From the NCBI RefSeq assembly GCF_031769215.1, contig NW_026782296.1, positions 496,001 through 560,000 on the forward strand: a stretch of DNA of 64,000 nt, given 5' to 3'. Below the pieces are notes generated by a model. That model had not been told where the DNA came from. It did no database searches and saw only the letters and a list, made by a program, of their open reading frames with translations. This stretch comes from Ylistrum balloti (Eukaryota). Each line of letters begins with the position of its first letter. Position 1 is the first letter of the stretch. Below, piece after piece: positions 26,686-52,221 of the stretch. Made by a program: the position numbers and the translations under genes.

Positions 26686-29022
26686 TTATTCAAAAGTGTA
26701 AAATGCGACTGCCCCATCCTGATGGACGAACACCAGGTTATTTCCATACGTCACCAACCGTCGTGCATTATCAAGAAGGGGTACATCGTCCACCTGCTGA
26801 ATGACGTCACCAGAAAAGGAAAGTGCGATTAGCTTCCGGAATTTTGAATTAAGGACTAGGACGAGTTGATGAGATTCCAGGACCTCAACACACTGTGGAT
26901 CCTGTAGTTGTACTTGCTCGTTTCCGGAAAACATTTTGTACATACCGTTATCAGCGTTGACGAGGATGACACTACGTGTGTCTAGATCACACACGACCAT
27001 GGTCCCATCGTCTGTCACTGATATGTTCCGTGGATATGTAAATAATGGTTTTCCAAAAGAATCGCTCTGGAAGGACCGTAATACAACACCAGTTGTGGTT
27101 AAAATGTCGATACTTGGTCCTCCATATGGAGGACAAATTCCACAAATAAAATTGTCGTCTCTGGCAAAATAGGTTATACTAGCATAACTTGCTGCCACGT
27201 TTAGTTTACCAACCACCTGTATCTGTGAAGAGCTTCGACCACGTCCTATGAATGCTAGGATTTTCTCTTTGGGTGCAGCAACAACACAGCGACCGACAGA
27301 GTAAGAGGTGATATCCCATGGCTGGAAGGATTGACATGCCACTACTTGCTCAATTCGACGATTGTCTTTTGTAATTACCTTTAGATTATTGTTCCATTTA
27401 TCTGCAAGTATAAATCTACGTCCAATAACCGCAATACCGATAATTCTTGGCGTTCGTGAGTCGCCTTCTGCCTTGGAATCCAACATGGACTGATACTGTA
27501 CATTGCTTATTTTCTGTGTGATTTGTGACATGACTCTTTCCTGTGGAACTAGAACACCCACTTTCGGGATTGTCATAGCAACAGGTGGGGGTCTCCTGAA
27601 TGGTCTTACTGATGTTTGTAGACCTGGCAGTGGTGGTGCTGATGGTTTTGGCCTGCGATATCGCCTTGGTGCTGGGACATCTATTTCTACTAGATCTGGG
27701 GAATACGGAGGAGGTGGACCAATATCACTCGGAATTTTTCGTGGACTTTTTGAACGGGACTGAAAACCTCGGGAAGGAGGTTTCAACCCTCTGTTTTCTG
27801 AATGATGTCTATCCCCAGAATATGGCGACAATCCTCGAGTCCTTCCTCGCCTCTCTGTCTGTGTAATACCAGGAGACCTGTTATTATCAGACCGCCTTGT
27901 GCGTTCTCTTAAATCAGACTGATTTTCAACATGGTTTCTCTGTTGATCTTCTGTACTGGACACTCTGTTTCTTTGATCACGTGATGAACTTTGGCTTCCC
28001 GAATGGGAAACAACTGGATTTTCAAATACGGCTGGAATGGGGATGGAATGGCAGCTATTTAAAAGTTCAATCTTCACCAAGTCACACTCTGTCAACATAT
28101 CTTCGAGGTCCGTGTTAATCATGAACCTCAGGTCCAAATCTTTTGTGGAGGCGCTAGATAAATCTTGCATAATTGACTTATAATCTGTGATGTTATTCAT
28201 CATGTGTGTCTTCATGCTCACACTGTCTGCATGTGAAAGAACATCGCCGGTGTTTTTGACAATATCTGCGAGGATATCCTTACGCTGTTGGAGTGATGCC
28301 AGCAGTGACGATGTAACAATAAGACGCTGGAGAATGTAGTGTGTTTCTTTTTTAATGAGGTCGTCCAAGTGGGATAGAGCTTTTTGCTCCTGCTCTTGTA
28401 GGTAGTGTGTCACTTTCTCCAGAAGTTCCGCATAATATGCGTGTACCTTTTCCTTAGTCTCTTCTTTGGACGTGACTAAAACCCGTTCCTTGGGTTGCAA
28501 CGCAGACTCAATACTGCACAACTCCACTGTTACTTGACCCAACAAATATTTTAATGTCTCATTTTTCTGCGCATCAACCTGTTGTAGTGTATCTGGATTA
28601 CCCTGAATGTCTAGTACCTGACAGTTCGCATTTGGTTGATGTTCAAAGCGACAGTCTCCACATAGGCCTACAGCACACTGCATACAGAGATATGGTGCTG
28701 TTATACCCGGATGTATCGAACATTCCAACTGATGAGTAGTTCTGGTCTCCGATGCCGGTTGATTGACACCATCACAAAGTTTCTGAATGAACACATCCTC
28801 GGGCAGTTGGAAGGAATCTGTGATATCTACGACATCGTCTTCACCTGTGTTATCATACTGACAGACAGGACAAGGGAACGATGACTTGCCTGTGAAGGAA
28901 CACATGTAGTTGGCAATACAAGTGGCACAGAAGGAGTGCTGACATTGCAGCTTTTTGGCGAATCTTTTTGTGTTCCGACATATTGGACAAGTTATCAAAG
29001 CTCTTACTGCCTCTCCTTCCAT
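26686..29022 (-). CDS. TRIM-family E3 ligase: RING, B-box, coiled coil, low-complexity linker and NHL-like beta-propeller; single coding exon, 778 aa
   Basis: RING CPIC...CQHSFCATC...CPVC; B-box CSIH...CMQCAVGLCGDCRFEH; helical region; C-terminal NHL-like repeats (FILADKWNNNLKV, PRNISVTDDGTMVVCD). A polypyrimidine acceptor lies directly before the ATG. Confidence 0.9.
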   Translation of the reverse strand: MEGEAVRALITCPICRNTKRFAKKLQCQHSFCATCIANYMCSFTGKSSFPCPVCQYDNTGEDDVVDITDSFQLPEDVFIQKLCDGVNQPASETRTTHQLECSIHPGITAPYLCMQCAVGLCGDCRFEHQPNANCQVLDIQGNPDTLQQVDAQKNETLKYLLGQVTVELCSIESALQPKERVLVTSKEETKEKVHAYYAELLEKVTHYLQEQEQKALSHLDDLIKKETHYILQRLIVTSSLLASLQQRKDILADIVKNTGDVLSHADSVSMKTHMMNNITDYKSIMQDLSSASTKDLDLRFMINTDLEDMLTECDLVKIELLNSCHSIPIPAVFENPVVSHSGSQSSSRDQRNRVSSTEDQQRNHVENQSDLRERTRRSDNNRSPGITQTERRGRTRGLSPYSGDRHHSENRGLKPPSRGFQSRSKSPRKIPSDIGPPPPYSPDLVEIDVPAPRRYRRPKPSAPPLPGLQTSVRPFRRPPPVAMTIPKVGVLVPQERVMSQITQKISNVQYQSMLDSKAEGDSRTPRIIGIAVIGRRFILADKWNNNLKVITKDNRRIEQVVACQSFQPWDITSYSVGRCVVAAPKEKILAFIGRGRSSSQIQVVGKLNVAASYASITYFARDDNFICGICPPYGGPSIDILTTTGVVLRSFQSDSFGKPLFTYPRNISVTDDGTMVVCDLDTRSVILVNADNGMYKMFSGNEQVQLQDPQCVEVLESHQLVLVLNSKFRKLIALSFSGDVIQQVDDVPLLDNARRLVTYGNNLVFVHQDGAVAFYTFE

Positions 29023-30022
29023 CTGTCTACAAAAAATTAATTCACAAACATGTCAAAACGATGCAAATATGAAAATGATTTTCAAAAATTCAATTTATAG
29101 TGTTTATGTAAAATTGATTTAAAGACTGACATATATAACCGGTATCCATACACAACACATCAACAAGCAATTTAATTGCATTTTAATTCTAGGTTAATGG
29201 AGACAGCAAAATCTTGATCATTTTATTGTGCACATATTTCACAAGAAAACTTCCTTCCTTTCACTAGGACATGTGAATATGTCATAAACTGACGGTTTTG
29301 ATTAATAAAACATTTTAATTTGTCAATAACAGGAATGCAAAGACGAACATTCTTTCTATAGGCCTATTCCCTTTAAGGTGTCTTCGTTGAGTGTGAAGTT
29401 TACCAAATGTCAATTTGACCCCTCTGAAATGTCTATTAATGTGCTATAATTGCTAGAAATGGTTAGTTTTTACATAGGCTAACAAATTAGTTGGACCTTT
29501 TGATAACTTATTATTTTAACAGATTTACATAAAAAAAAAAAAAGATTATGAATATCTGCAAAAGTCTGTAAATATATTCAACGCAATGCTTTAAATAAAC
29601 GTTTAAATTGCCGAACAGACCAGCTCATCCCCTCAATTGCATGGGCATGAAATGATAATAAAACTCACCCGGAAATATTACAATATACCTGCATAATAAT
29701 AGTAACATGATACACCCCGATGTCAACAGGTCAACAAAAGGTCATTTACGGTTGTAATTTATGTATAAGAAGTTGTTTTGTTTGCGTCCTGTACATCATA
29801 TAAACACATTTCAATACCTGACATTTCATATATTTACATTTACATATGTAGCCAGTGACCTATTTATGGTCGACAGGTATCGTCACGTAGGATTTGGTCC
29901 ATCAACAGAGAACATGCTGGGATGCTACACAATGTAAATAATTCAAATTTGAGATATCAGTGTATTGTGTTAATATCTATTCATATTTATTATATATGAT
30001 GAATACTGTGTAACAGACTTAC

Positions 30023-30100
30023 CTGTTCAGGTGTTAAACTCGATGGCGGCGCGCCTTCAATTATATGGAAAGGCCAGTTGTTTCAAACCACACCCACAAT
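30023..30100 (-). other. Probable non-coding first exon of the TRIM gene
   Basis: Minus-strand donor cag|gtaagt (plus-strand acttac at 30017-30022) next to a CpG-rich gatggcggcgcgcc, YY1-like promoter motif. 5' end approximate. Confidence 0.5.
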
Positions 30101-31367
30101 AGTAAAAGTAGCAATACAATAACAGACATTGTCAAACCATTTCAGATATGAACTAATGAGATTACAAAACTAGGGAATAACTAGACGAATTCTAAGTACT
30201 TTTGCATCCTGGACTGTGACTATCTTAACAGGGATTCGTCAAATGCCGAGAAGTATTGACCAGAATAATTGAGAGCGCATGTTCTTTTTTCATCATTTAT
30301 TCCATAAAATGCTTCATCTAAACCTGGTCAGTGTTTTAATTGTTGCTAAGAACAACACCTTCTGCTCATCCAACGTGGCCGGTCATTGGCCGATCGATTC
30401 AATGAGTTAATGTAAGGTTTTCAAGAAAAAAAAAGAAGGACAAGGGTACCACCAATGTGTATATAAGTCCGTGGATATACTAATGATCAACGTATCGGTA
30501 CTGGAAACCATACAACTTATATAAAACTTAAATAAAGGATTTCATCAACTTTCGTCTTTTGCAACCCGTGTTATGTCTTTTATCTCTCCACTGTCGACAT
30601 CGCATGAATATTGTGGAAATTCGATCATTTTCGCGATTTCATCCTTAGTGTACTAGTATATTCTCCTGGTTTTAGACATGTTGTTGACAATATTATATAG
30701 GCCTACAACAACTACTACTACGACCATTCTCTTGTACAAGATAATGGGTCTCGAGAGGGGTGGAAATATATTTCAGCTTTACATTTCTATATGATTGAAA
30801 GAGTAAGAATTTTTTTTTATAAATTTTAAAAACCTGAATAATTAAAACATAACATCTGTATTCACAATTGTATTTCCTGTGTTATCTATGCAATATATTT
30901 CGTATGTAATTTATAATGAATTTTATCATGGAGGAAGAGCTATGGTGGTGTCTCATTTAATTCCACACAATATATTTCAAAACAAAGTATATGCAACATG
31001 AACAGGTATACAAACGCCCATTAATTCCACTCCATCCTTATACATTTATATTATCTTGTGTATTGAAGCTCAAGAAGTACGGGTCAAAATGTGTGAAGCA
31101 AAATGGGTTATTTTAATAAATACTCAGATATCCCAAACATCAAGACTTTTGTTATGTATCAGGTAAATTACAGCGATAAATTTGTCAAATAACGAAAAAA
31201 GGAGAGGTACTGAAAATATTACTCTCAATGAGTTTCCATAGTTGATGATATGAGATCATCTGTACGTTGTCGCTAATGAATTGACTTATTTCTCGAGGAA
31301 GCCGTTATATGATTTCAGTTTCGTCATAAATTTTCCACCAGCATGTTGTTCATAACGAAGATAAAAT

Positions 31368-32243
31368 CGTAGTTCACCTGGTCCGAAGAACCGGGCGTTT
31401 ATGCCATGGCACATCGTCTGTCCGTCGTCCGTCAACATTTCCTTATAAACCACTAAAACAAAACTAGTCCTGATCGACTGGTTGGTTTTCATAAAAATTC
31501 ATCGCCGAAGGAGGATCAATATTATACAAACGTCTGGTGTCAAAGTCAAATTTGGTCTGAATTCATCCTAGGGTGAAGGAGAACTATATTTATATAAATA
31601 GTGGAACTCCGCTCCCTGAGGTCAGAGGGGTGGGCGGTCTCAATTGGGGAAATGTTGCAAATTCTTTAACACCCCTTTTGCTTTGATTTTACTAAAATTA
31701 GGTCTGAAGCATTCTTTGGTGAAGAAGAATCCACTTTATATAAAAGGTTCGTTTGATTACGCCTCTGTGGTCAGAGTGTTAATCTCAATAGGGAGAATGA
31801 AATAGTAGTTTAAAATCTTTCTTCTTCAGTTGGTTGCATAAGAGAGATGGGCACAGAATGTGAAAAAGAGGAATCGTTGAAAAATCCTTCTTCTGTTGGT
31901 TGAACTGTATTTGATCTATTTTGATCTGAAAGAATGGTAACCAACTATATATGACGGGTCTCGCAAGCATCATTTGAAGAATAGTCCGACTCTCGGAACA
32001 GGGAAAATAGATGTGAAACTTTGACGAAAATCGAATGCTCTCCCTGGGTGAAGGTCCACTTTGGGACAGAGGGCGGGACGGTCAAATATAGAAAACAGCG
32101 GTAAGAGTTTGAAATATATTTTTCTGAAGATTACAATAGCTTCAAAACATTTTTGGGGTACAATAGATATTGCGGATAAAGATATTTTGATGTGAAAGCT
32201 GAAATATCCGCATATGCAATACAGGCTCACATGGGCCTCTTAT
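31368..32243 (+). mobile_element. HINE/pearl-like non-autonomous element between the divergent TRIM and ABI promoters
   Basis: Starts agttcacctggtccgaag, then tctgtccgtcgtccgtc microsatellite; ends caggctcacatgggcctcttatt. A short 5' fragment of the same type lies at about 39088-39190. Confidence 0.65.
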
Positions 32244-32450
32244 TTATATGAATGCGTATTTTGTAAAATGAAACACAGAATAAATTATGACTACATTAAA
32301 AATTTGTCCGTCAAAAGCAGTCTATTCTAAATTATAATGCAGAATCAATAAGGTCATGAAGTTCAGTTCATGACCGAAGGGAGATAACCTGCGTTCAAAA
32401 AAGAATCGTGATCGCATTGGTGTTTAAACAGGAAGTGGAATGAAAACAAA

Positions 32451-44466
<12,016 letters not shown>

Positions 44467-47400
44467 TGATTTTCAGTTCTCAACACACACTTACCAACAA
44501 GGATCTGGTATCAATGGTTCATTGATATATAGATAAGCCTCGTCTGGAAACCAAAAGCACACACAGAAATGTGTTTTTAATGCAATTACCAGAGGTTGAT
44601 GACTACTTGTCAAATCTAGTTACAGCAAAAACTTATTCTTTGTGCATGTAAATATGCTAAGAAAAGACAGAAAAGGCAGTATTCATGAATAAATTAGGAT
44701 CAGGAATCAATTGGATGAAAAGATGCGTCGATCACAGATATGATGGTTTATAGGTCAATATGCCAGTGATAGAAATGATGATTCCTGGTTGAAAAAGTTA
44801 TGAAGCAAAAAGACAATAGAAATTGATTGTGAAAAGAAACCATTGGTTGTACATTTTAAAGTTGATTACATGCAGGTATTGTTTTACAGAAAAAAACGGA
44901 ATGGGTTGCATGCTTGGGGGCAACATATTTATCATTTAACTTTAGAATTTTGATTTAATATTTCTTCTCAATACAGTGCATAAAAAGTCTTAGTCATATT
45001 GAAATATGATTGTGTTCAGTATAAATGGATTGATTTAAGGCTTTCAAGACAGGCATGTGTGTTTATTGTCATTAATTCATAAACATGGGTGGTTGTCTTC
45101 AGTTTAAACAAAAAATCAAATTTTTAAACAGTGGTTTTAGTAGTTTTTTAGAAGGTGTGACACAAATATCTTCAGTCCAGAGAGTTATTTTTATGTATAG
45201 CAAAGCGGTGATCTGTTTTACTCAAAAGTGTCATAGAAATCAAACTTGTGTCTACAAAAGGTAGCTGATTCCAGAAAGCTATAGAAATTGATGAAGTATT
45301 ATTATGTAAGATTTCAGTGTGTTTGTAGATTTCTATAGCTAAAATAATTAACTTTATATTGTAGGTGTAGACTTACTCTGGTTATCTTAGTGCAGCCACA
45401 CTCTGTACAAGATGAAATCATCTACATTGACTGTATAGTGAATACTCGAAAAAACTGAGTACATATAAACTGTGTACTGTTTATGTTGATGTAGTTGTCT
45501 TGCCAAAATGAAATTATTTTCACAAAAAATTTGGAGTCATGAATATTACATATAATGTGTCTTTTTTCTTTTGAAAATTATGATTTTCTGTAATCATCAA
45601 TCATTATCTTCTGATGTCCTGTATTTAGACATCTCATCATTCCACTGTCTAGATTTTGTGTGTGTGTGATACATTTCATCATCGTTTATTTATGTTTTGT
45701 GCTGACTGATGTGTAGTACAATGCCTGGATCATCTACTGTTAATGCTTTACCACATTATGTATACAGTATGTAGATAAATATAAAATTGGGTCAGACATA
45801 ATATCAACTAATCAAAATAATGTAAGTTTATTAATATCATATGTTTCTCTTAAAGAGCTCCAGCATGTTACTTTCATGATTATAATACATTTATCCAGAA
45901 TGTTGACAGGTTCATACACTTAAAATGAATTGTCCATTTTCCCCGCAGAATCTTATAATAGTAGTCAATTTTACAAGCACGAGCCATATGAGTTAAGTTA
46001 TTTTCTATAGGTAAAACTAAATGAGGTTGGGGGTGGGGGTAGGGGTGTGACAGTAACATCAGATTGATATCTAAATCCTTTTTCATTGTAATTTGTCGAG
46101 TGATTTTAAGATAATTTATTGGGTTATAATATAAAATCCAGTGGAGTTTCACTTATCTAAAACACTGTAAACATATACCCTGGTATATCATTGCAGTGAT
46201 GAATCTACATGCGAGTCCCTAGTCCTGTACTCATAGAATTTTGATGGGACTCGAAAAATTTTTAAACTACCTACATTTAAAATTGTGGGACCTATCGTTA
46301 TAACAATAAGTTTTAAAAGGACTTGTGAAAATAAACCATATATTGATAACTGTCATTGAGGAAATAGTATCATTGAGGTAACATTATCATTTCTGTACAT
46401 CTGCATGGCATTAGGTACATATGGATTACTTTGTAACAATGTATTTACCAAGACTAAAGGTGAGGACTGTGCTGCATGTTTACTTTTATGTATTACAAAT
46501 AAATATATGAAGTATCCATTGTACCATTGTTTTTGATTTGTGTTCTCCACAGTTTTTTTTCGCAATTTACCCCCGCCATTATTCAACAGAGGGCATTTAT
46601 TTCAATAATGTACCTCTGTAACAGATGGAGCCCAGATACTACAGTTCTTGTTCTCTAACGGATCAAGCTGGAGAGATGCTTTCCTTTGCAGAGGAGTAGA
46701 TTGTAGGTTGTAATTACCAGGGTTATAAAATCCTCCTCCTGGAAAGTATCTGTCCTGCTTTACACTGCAATAGTGATGCCTTTGAAACAAGTCCCATCAA
46801 TACCCCCATGTCTTTACAAGGGCACCAATATAACAGCTAAAAGTCATTATTTATTTCATCACCTCACTATGGATCCAACCAAGGACCACTGGTTTACTAG
46901 TCATGTATTCAACCGAGCGATCTAAAAAAAAGTCCTACCCAGTCTCCAGGGCTAGAATGTACCAGGAATACAATTACCTTGTTGGTTTCTGAAAATGCTG
47001 TTCATCTGTCGTCAATCCACTCATTCTTCAGTTTCTCTTTAAGCAACTCTTGTTTATACTATTTTTCAGAAATTTTGATGGACATTTTCTCTATGTTGTT
47101 TGTTTGTCATATTTGATTGAAAACAAGAGAATATCAATATTTAAACGAACTCATGATCCAAACTCAAAATCGATTCAGCTGAACACCCAAAATCAGTTAT
47201 AAGTACCATATGCCCACGAAGAAAAAAAAATGATTTTTCGACTTCATTGTAATTTTGTACGATTATTTTATGAAAGAACAGCTTTTCATCGATTTGTATT
47301 CCAAAAATTATCCACACCACTCTCAGCATTAAAAAGTAACACATTTTCCAAGAACGGTACCAATAAGTTGCAAATGTATGGATTGATACATATGTTATTT

Positions 47401-47705
47401 GATAAGCTTGACTTTTCTATTTCAATTTTAAGTGGTAATTGCAAGTGATTGGCCTTCCAAAGGTATTTTTGTGAAAACTCAGATTTCATATTACATTACA
47501 AAATAACCCTATTGAGGATTTCACAAGATGATTGGACTATTAATTTCATGAAAATTATGGGCATTTCGGTTTAAGCCCAAGCTTATTAATGTAACAAAGA
47601 ATTACGATTTACCTGGGACCTCCTGATATATGCCGATAATTCATACTGCATTAAAAAGTAAAGGAATTCTGTGGTCTCATATATTTTTTATCTTTCCATC
47701 GAAAA

Positions 47706-47890
47706 TTATACATATCCGCAACATGTGAAAAAACTTTGAAGTTGGTTGGGCGGAATAAAGCATTTACTACTGCAAGTTCCAGAAATTCTGACACAAGTGG
47801 TATTTGCCCGAAGCCTCTGTCTCATGACATTGAATACATATTCAGTTACGTTGTATCCCGGGGAATAAGGCGGCTGAAAACCAGGGACAC
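47706..47890 (-). mobile_element. IS630/Tc1-mariner transposase C-terminal remnant
   Basis: FQPPYSPGYNVTEYVFNVMRQRL matches the PPYSPDLNPIE motif of DDE_3 transposases, and ends ...NQLQSFFTCCGYV*, like the family's terminal FFxHCGY. Confidence 0.7.
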
Positions 47891-50049
47891 GCCATAATAT
47901 ACGAATTTGAATCACAAGCTGTTTTTCATTACACATGTAAAAAAAAATTTCAACGTGGAATGCATAAACATCACTTTAAGACCTTTTTCTACGTTTAAAC
48001 TCAAAATCCAAAGGAGAAAGAAATCCAGTAAAAATATCAGTGTTAATAATGTTTATTGTTTTAAAATTGTACCGTCACCTCTTTTTTGAGGCAAAATGTA
48101 AAGTATGTATTGCAAACTAACCAACAGCACTAAAATCAAATAAACATAATTAAAACAACTTAATTTCAGTGAAAGAAAAACAATGTTTATCATTATAAAG
48201 CAACCTTGAGCAAAATGAATCACTATTAACAGATGATAACGTATGTATGCTTTAAACCTTAACAAGCGTACAATGTGTCAATTTTGTCTTTATTGTCTTT
48301 TGAAAGTTTGAATAGTCTCTGTGACTTGCCAGATGCTATGGGCTGCATTATTTTACATTAGACATTATGCTTACTTATCCAGATATCCCGTTTCTTGATT
48401 TTGCCATATTCAGCCTACAAAACAAAATGTAACATAAGTATCGGTACATACGTTAGCATTCATTACTAGATTATGATAAAACATTGGACACCAATTTTTT
48501 TTATAAAGATGTGATCATCGATGCGTTTTACATCAAATTTAACTGCTTTATTTCCAAAAACTGTTGTAAAATCAACGAAGAACTTGCTGAATAGAGGTTA
48601 TACGAAAGCAATGCACTAAGGAATTGCAATTCACACTTGTGCTGCTTTGATACACATTTATATGTACTTTCAATTGATGAAAAATAAGTAGGCCTATATA
48701 TTCTGTTCATTTTGATTTCGTCGACATAAGCACGGACATATGAACCGATATTTTACGCACAAAAAGTGTAAATTTACTGAAATATTTTTACTAAACCAAA
48801 TGATACATACGTTACCAGTAGTAACATATGTATCAATTGATTTGACATGATTTCTCAAACGAATGAAACCATATGACATTATCATCAGCAGAGACGTGAT
48901 ATATACGTCTCTGTCATCAGGTATCAAAAAAATTGTTCGAGTCTTCCTAATTATTTCTAGGATATTATTGATCAAATAAAAGAGAATTAGAGCTATCAGA
49001 AAACTTACCTCCCAACATGTCCTGTCTTCAACACGAATAATATGTGATTACAGCCAATAAAGGTCTTGGCGTTCACAATTGAAATAATGGCGGTGAACAA
49101 ACATTTTGAGGAGCAATGCCGTTAGTTTCGCACTTAGTTTCGAACAATTGGTACCGTATGTATCGGTAACGTTGGTATCTTCTGATAGTTTAAATGTCAC
49201 GAACGTCTACAGGATTGCTCAATAAACTAAAATTTTATCTTGAAAACAGAGAGTCTTCCATCAATGTATATTCACACTGAAATATCATTTGTGTGTCTCA
49301 TATAATAGAGGGACTATATTCCATACGTAACGTAGGTATCGATGTGTTTTCATATCTTTACCCTCAGGTGAAGACATGGTTTGGAACCACACTTGACATA
49401 CAGTATAGATATTTATTTTTATTTCACAGATTGATGAAATATAAATCGCGTATTTTGACGTATATTTTTATCTATTTGTACTGTGTTGTTTTGTAAAGGG
49501 TGGATGTGTTAGTCGAAGTGATGTCGTAAGCATCTTCCGTTACAGGTGCAAATGGTTAGAAATATCACATACAGCTAACAGGAACAATTTGATATTTTTA
49601 TCTTATTTATGGTACGGACCTCTATAAAATAGAAGCAGTATGCATACTACCAACTCAGCAGTTGTTCCAGCAATGATTTAAACTGAAAAAAAAACATTGA
49701 ATGGCGTCAGTAAAGTATGTATCGTTCTGGAAGATGAACATTATTTTTTTCGATCGGAGGAACTAAATTATGTTCATATAACCATTTGTGCAGTGTGCAG
49801 AATCAATTAACCTTGATAGTGACACTCGTTATCATTACTAATCTGTCAATAAATTTAAGATTGTAAGAGGAAAACCATGCTGCTTCTTATTACTGACTTT
49901 GGGAGTGAAACCTTACTATCGGTAATGTAGGTAAAGCCTAGCACTCTATCAGTAAGAACACATCAAAAATGTAAAGTGCAAGCTAGGCTGATCAGTCGTA
50001 GTTTAAAATAATTCAGAAACGTTAAAACCATGTTTGATAGGTTTGTCGC

Positions 50050-51230
50050 AAATGAATAAACTGCTGCGAAAGAATACAAGAAAACATGGGGGAAAAAAAG
50101 TCATCGAGCGAAACTTCGGTTGTCTCCCTTGATCTTGGGTAACCAGCATCACTGGCTTACTCATTAAATAACAGAAAACATCCATTCAAAGACATAGAAC
50201 CCACAATACTCGAAGAGTAATGGTGAATTACAACTTTAAACAAGTAAAGTATGTGTTTGTGTCCGTGTTGTGTATATACAATGGAATCCTGAAAGCTTTT
50301 GATATGAACGCTTCGAATTCGAGCCTGAACGAATGTTATTATTTTTCAAACATTTGAGTAAATATAAACTTGAACTCTACCGGTAGACATAATACCAGAT
50401 ATACTCGACACTACCAGAAATAAAATGAAGAGTGTTATAGCATAAGAGCGTTAACCAAACGAAAGGTCTGGCTTGTAGAATAAGACCATCTTTAAGTTCT
50501 TCTAAAAAATTATAGGATAAGTTGAAGATATTTCCCTTTATTCTACTGTAAGAAAGTGAAATGAATAACAGTCATATCAGAAATACTCACATCTTTGAAT
50601 GATACGGCAATCCATTCGTCATTTAAAACGTATTCAAGAGTAAGTTGTATGGTGATCCTTTTATTCTAAAAGTAGCATTAAACCTTTATTTCATTAATAT
50701 ACATGCAAATGATTTTAATAATAAATGTTTTGAATTGAGTATATCTGATGGATGTATATACTGAAGTCTGAGAGCGTTGTATAGTCTCAATAAACTATAT
50801 CCGATGGACTATATACAGATGTTTCTAGCTTAAGTCTTAAGATGGACTGATGTTGGGGATCAGTAACGAGGTCGCAAGTCCAAATTTCTGTCTTAAGTCC
50901 TAAGTCAAAGATCTTAGCAAAGTAGAAACATCGGTTTTATGCTCCCGGAACAGAGTCTCTTTATCAATTTTATTTTCATAACATATATTTGTTACGTATT
51001 TCATTACATTTCATCCTCAAAAATAGCAGGGGATTAGAAATCCCTAGAAATTGACAAACGTCTGCAATATACTAAATAATTATCGTTATATAACTAGGCG
51101 TTGTAAGATGAATAAAAAATGAACGACACAAGTAGGTAAGAAACAAAAGCACGTGGACAAAATTAAATAATTGGTAACTGGTGACAGTTTTGGACGATTG
51201 ATGTTACACACATTTTGATTGCAGTTCTTG
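50050..51230 (-). pseudogene. Decayed intronless nAChR-like pseudogene
   Basis: Minus-strand fragments in receptor order: EIWTCDLV (loop A, 50865-50889), NDEWIAVSFKDVSISDMTVIHFTF (NGEW region, about 50555-50623), MVLFYKPD..G*RSYAITLFILFLVVSSISGIM (TM1-TM2, 50389-50490). Many stops and frameshifts; ends approximate. Confidence 0.6.
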
Positions 51231-52221
51231 GGTTAATATGTCCCCATTGAAAAACAGAATAATCAACTAGGTGAAGTCATAGTAAGGCAAAATGCCCCTT
51301 AAAGGAGTTTCCTGGCAATGTCTGTAAAAGTGTACAAAACGAGGTAGCATTACGGAAAAGTATGCAAAATGATGATGAAATGATAGTATGTTTTGATTTC
51401 TAAAAGTGCCGTTTGCAGAGTAAGAATATGAAAATACAGGTGAATTTCGAACTTTGTTAAAAATATACACATGTATATATAACCATTGAACGTCTGTCAG
51501 ATTGCATTTATTGTCAATATGAATGCAATCTGGGTGCCATATGCATTTTTGTCATTTTTTTTTTATTTTTAGAAATAATTGAAATTCAAATTTCCTGCTC
51601 AATCGTTAGTGTTGCGATGTTGATGGAACAGCCATATTGACGACGACAAAAAAATAGTGCGTGGAAATACAACAGTAAGACAATGACAGATTGATAAAAC
51701 AATAAAGTTTGAAACTTTATTATCTGACGAAATGAATATGTTTAACACTTTCAACAATTATTATTTAATATCAGTACTTAAATCCAGAGAATTAAAATTG
51801 TGCCATTCGATATTCATCGTGTTATATAAAAATAAACTCTGTTAAAGTTTATCTACTCTTTATTTATTTAGGCTTTACACTGACATACAATGTACAGAAG
51901 GCAGATATGGTTGTCATAAATCTTCACTAAACCGTATCATGAAGTATATGCTGTATATTCTTCATTACAATAACATTGTCAAGTAAGTCACTACGATCCC
52001 TATTAAAAACATTTTAAACCTTTAAGACAAATTTCGATTTAGGAAAATATTTGTGGCATTGTAAAACATCGGAATCGGTATAATGATTTTTTTAGTACCA
52101 GTTATAACAATGGTCTGACACAATTCATTCTTCATAATTGTCATTGCCATTGAAATTTTTTCTTAACATCAAAGTTCACTTACAGACAAAACGTATATAT
52201 TTAAAATGCAGAACAAAGACT

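Noticed and set aside
26936-28739. Plus-strand ORFs overlapping the TRIM gene and the receptors (also 52461-53731 and 61015-61704)
   Set aside because: Antisense shadows of real coding sequence.
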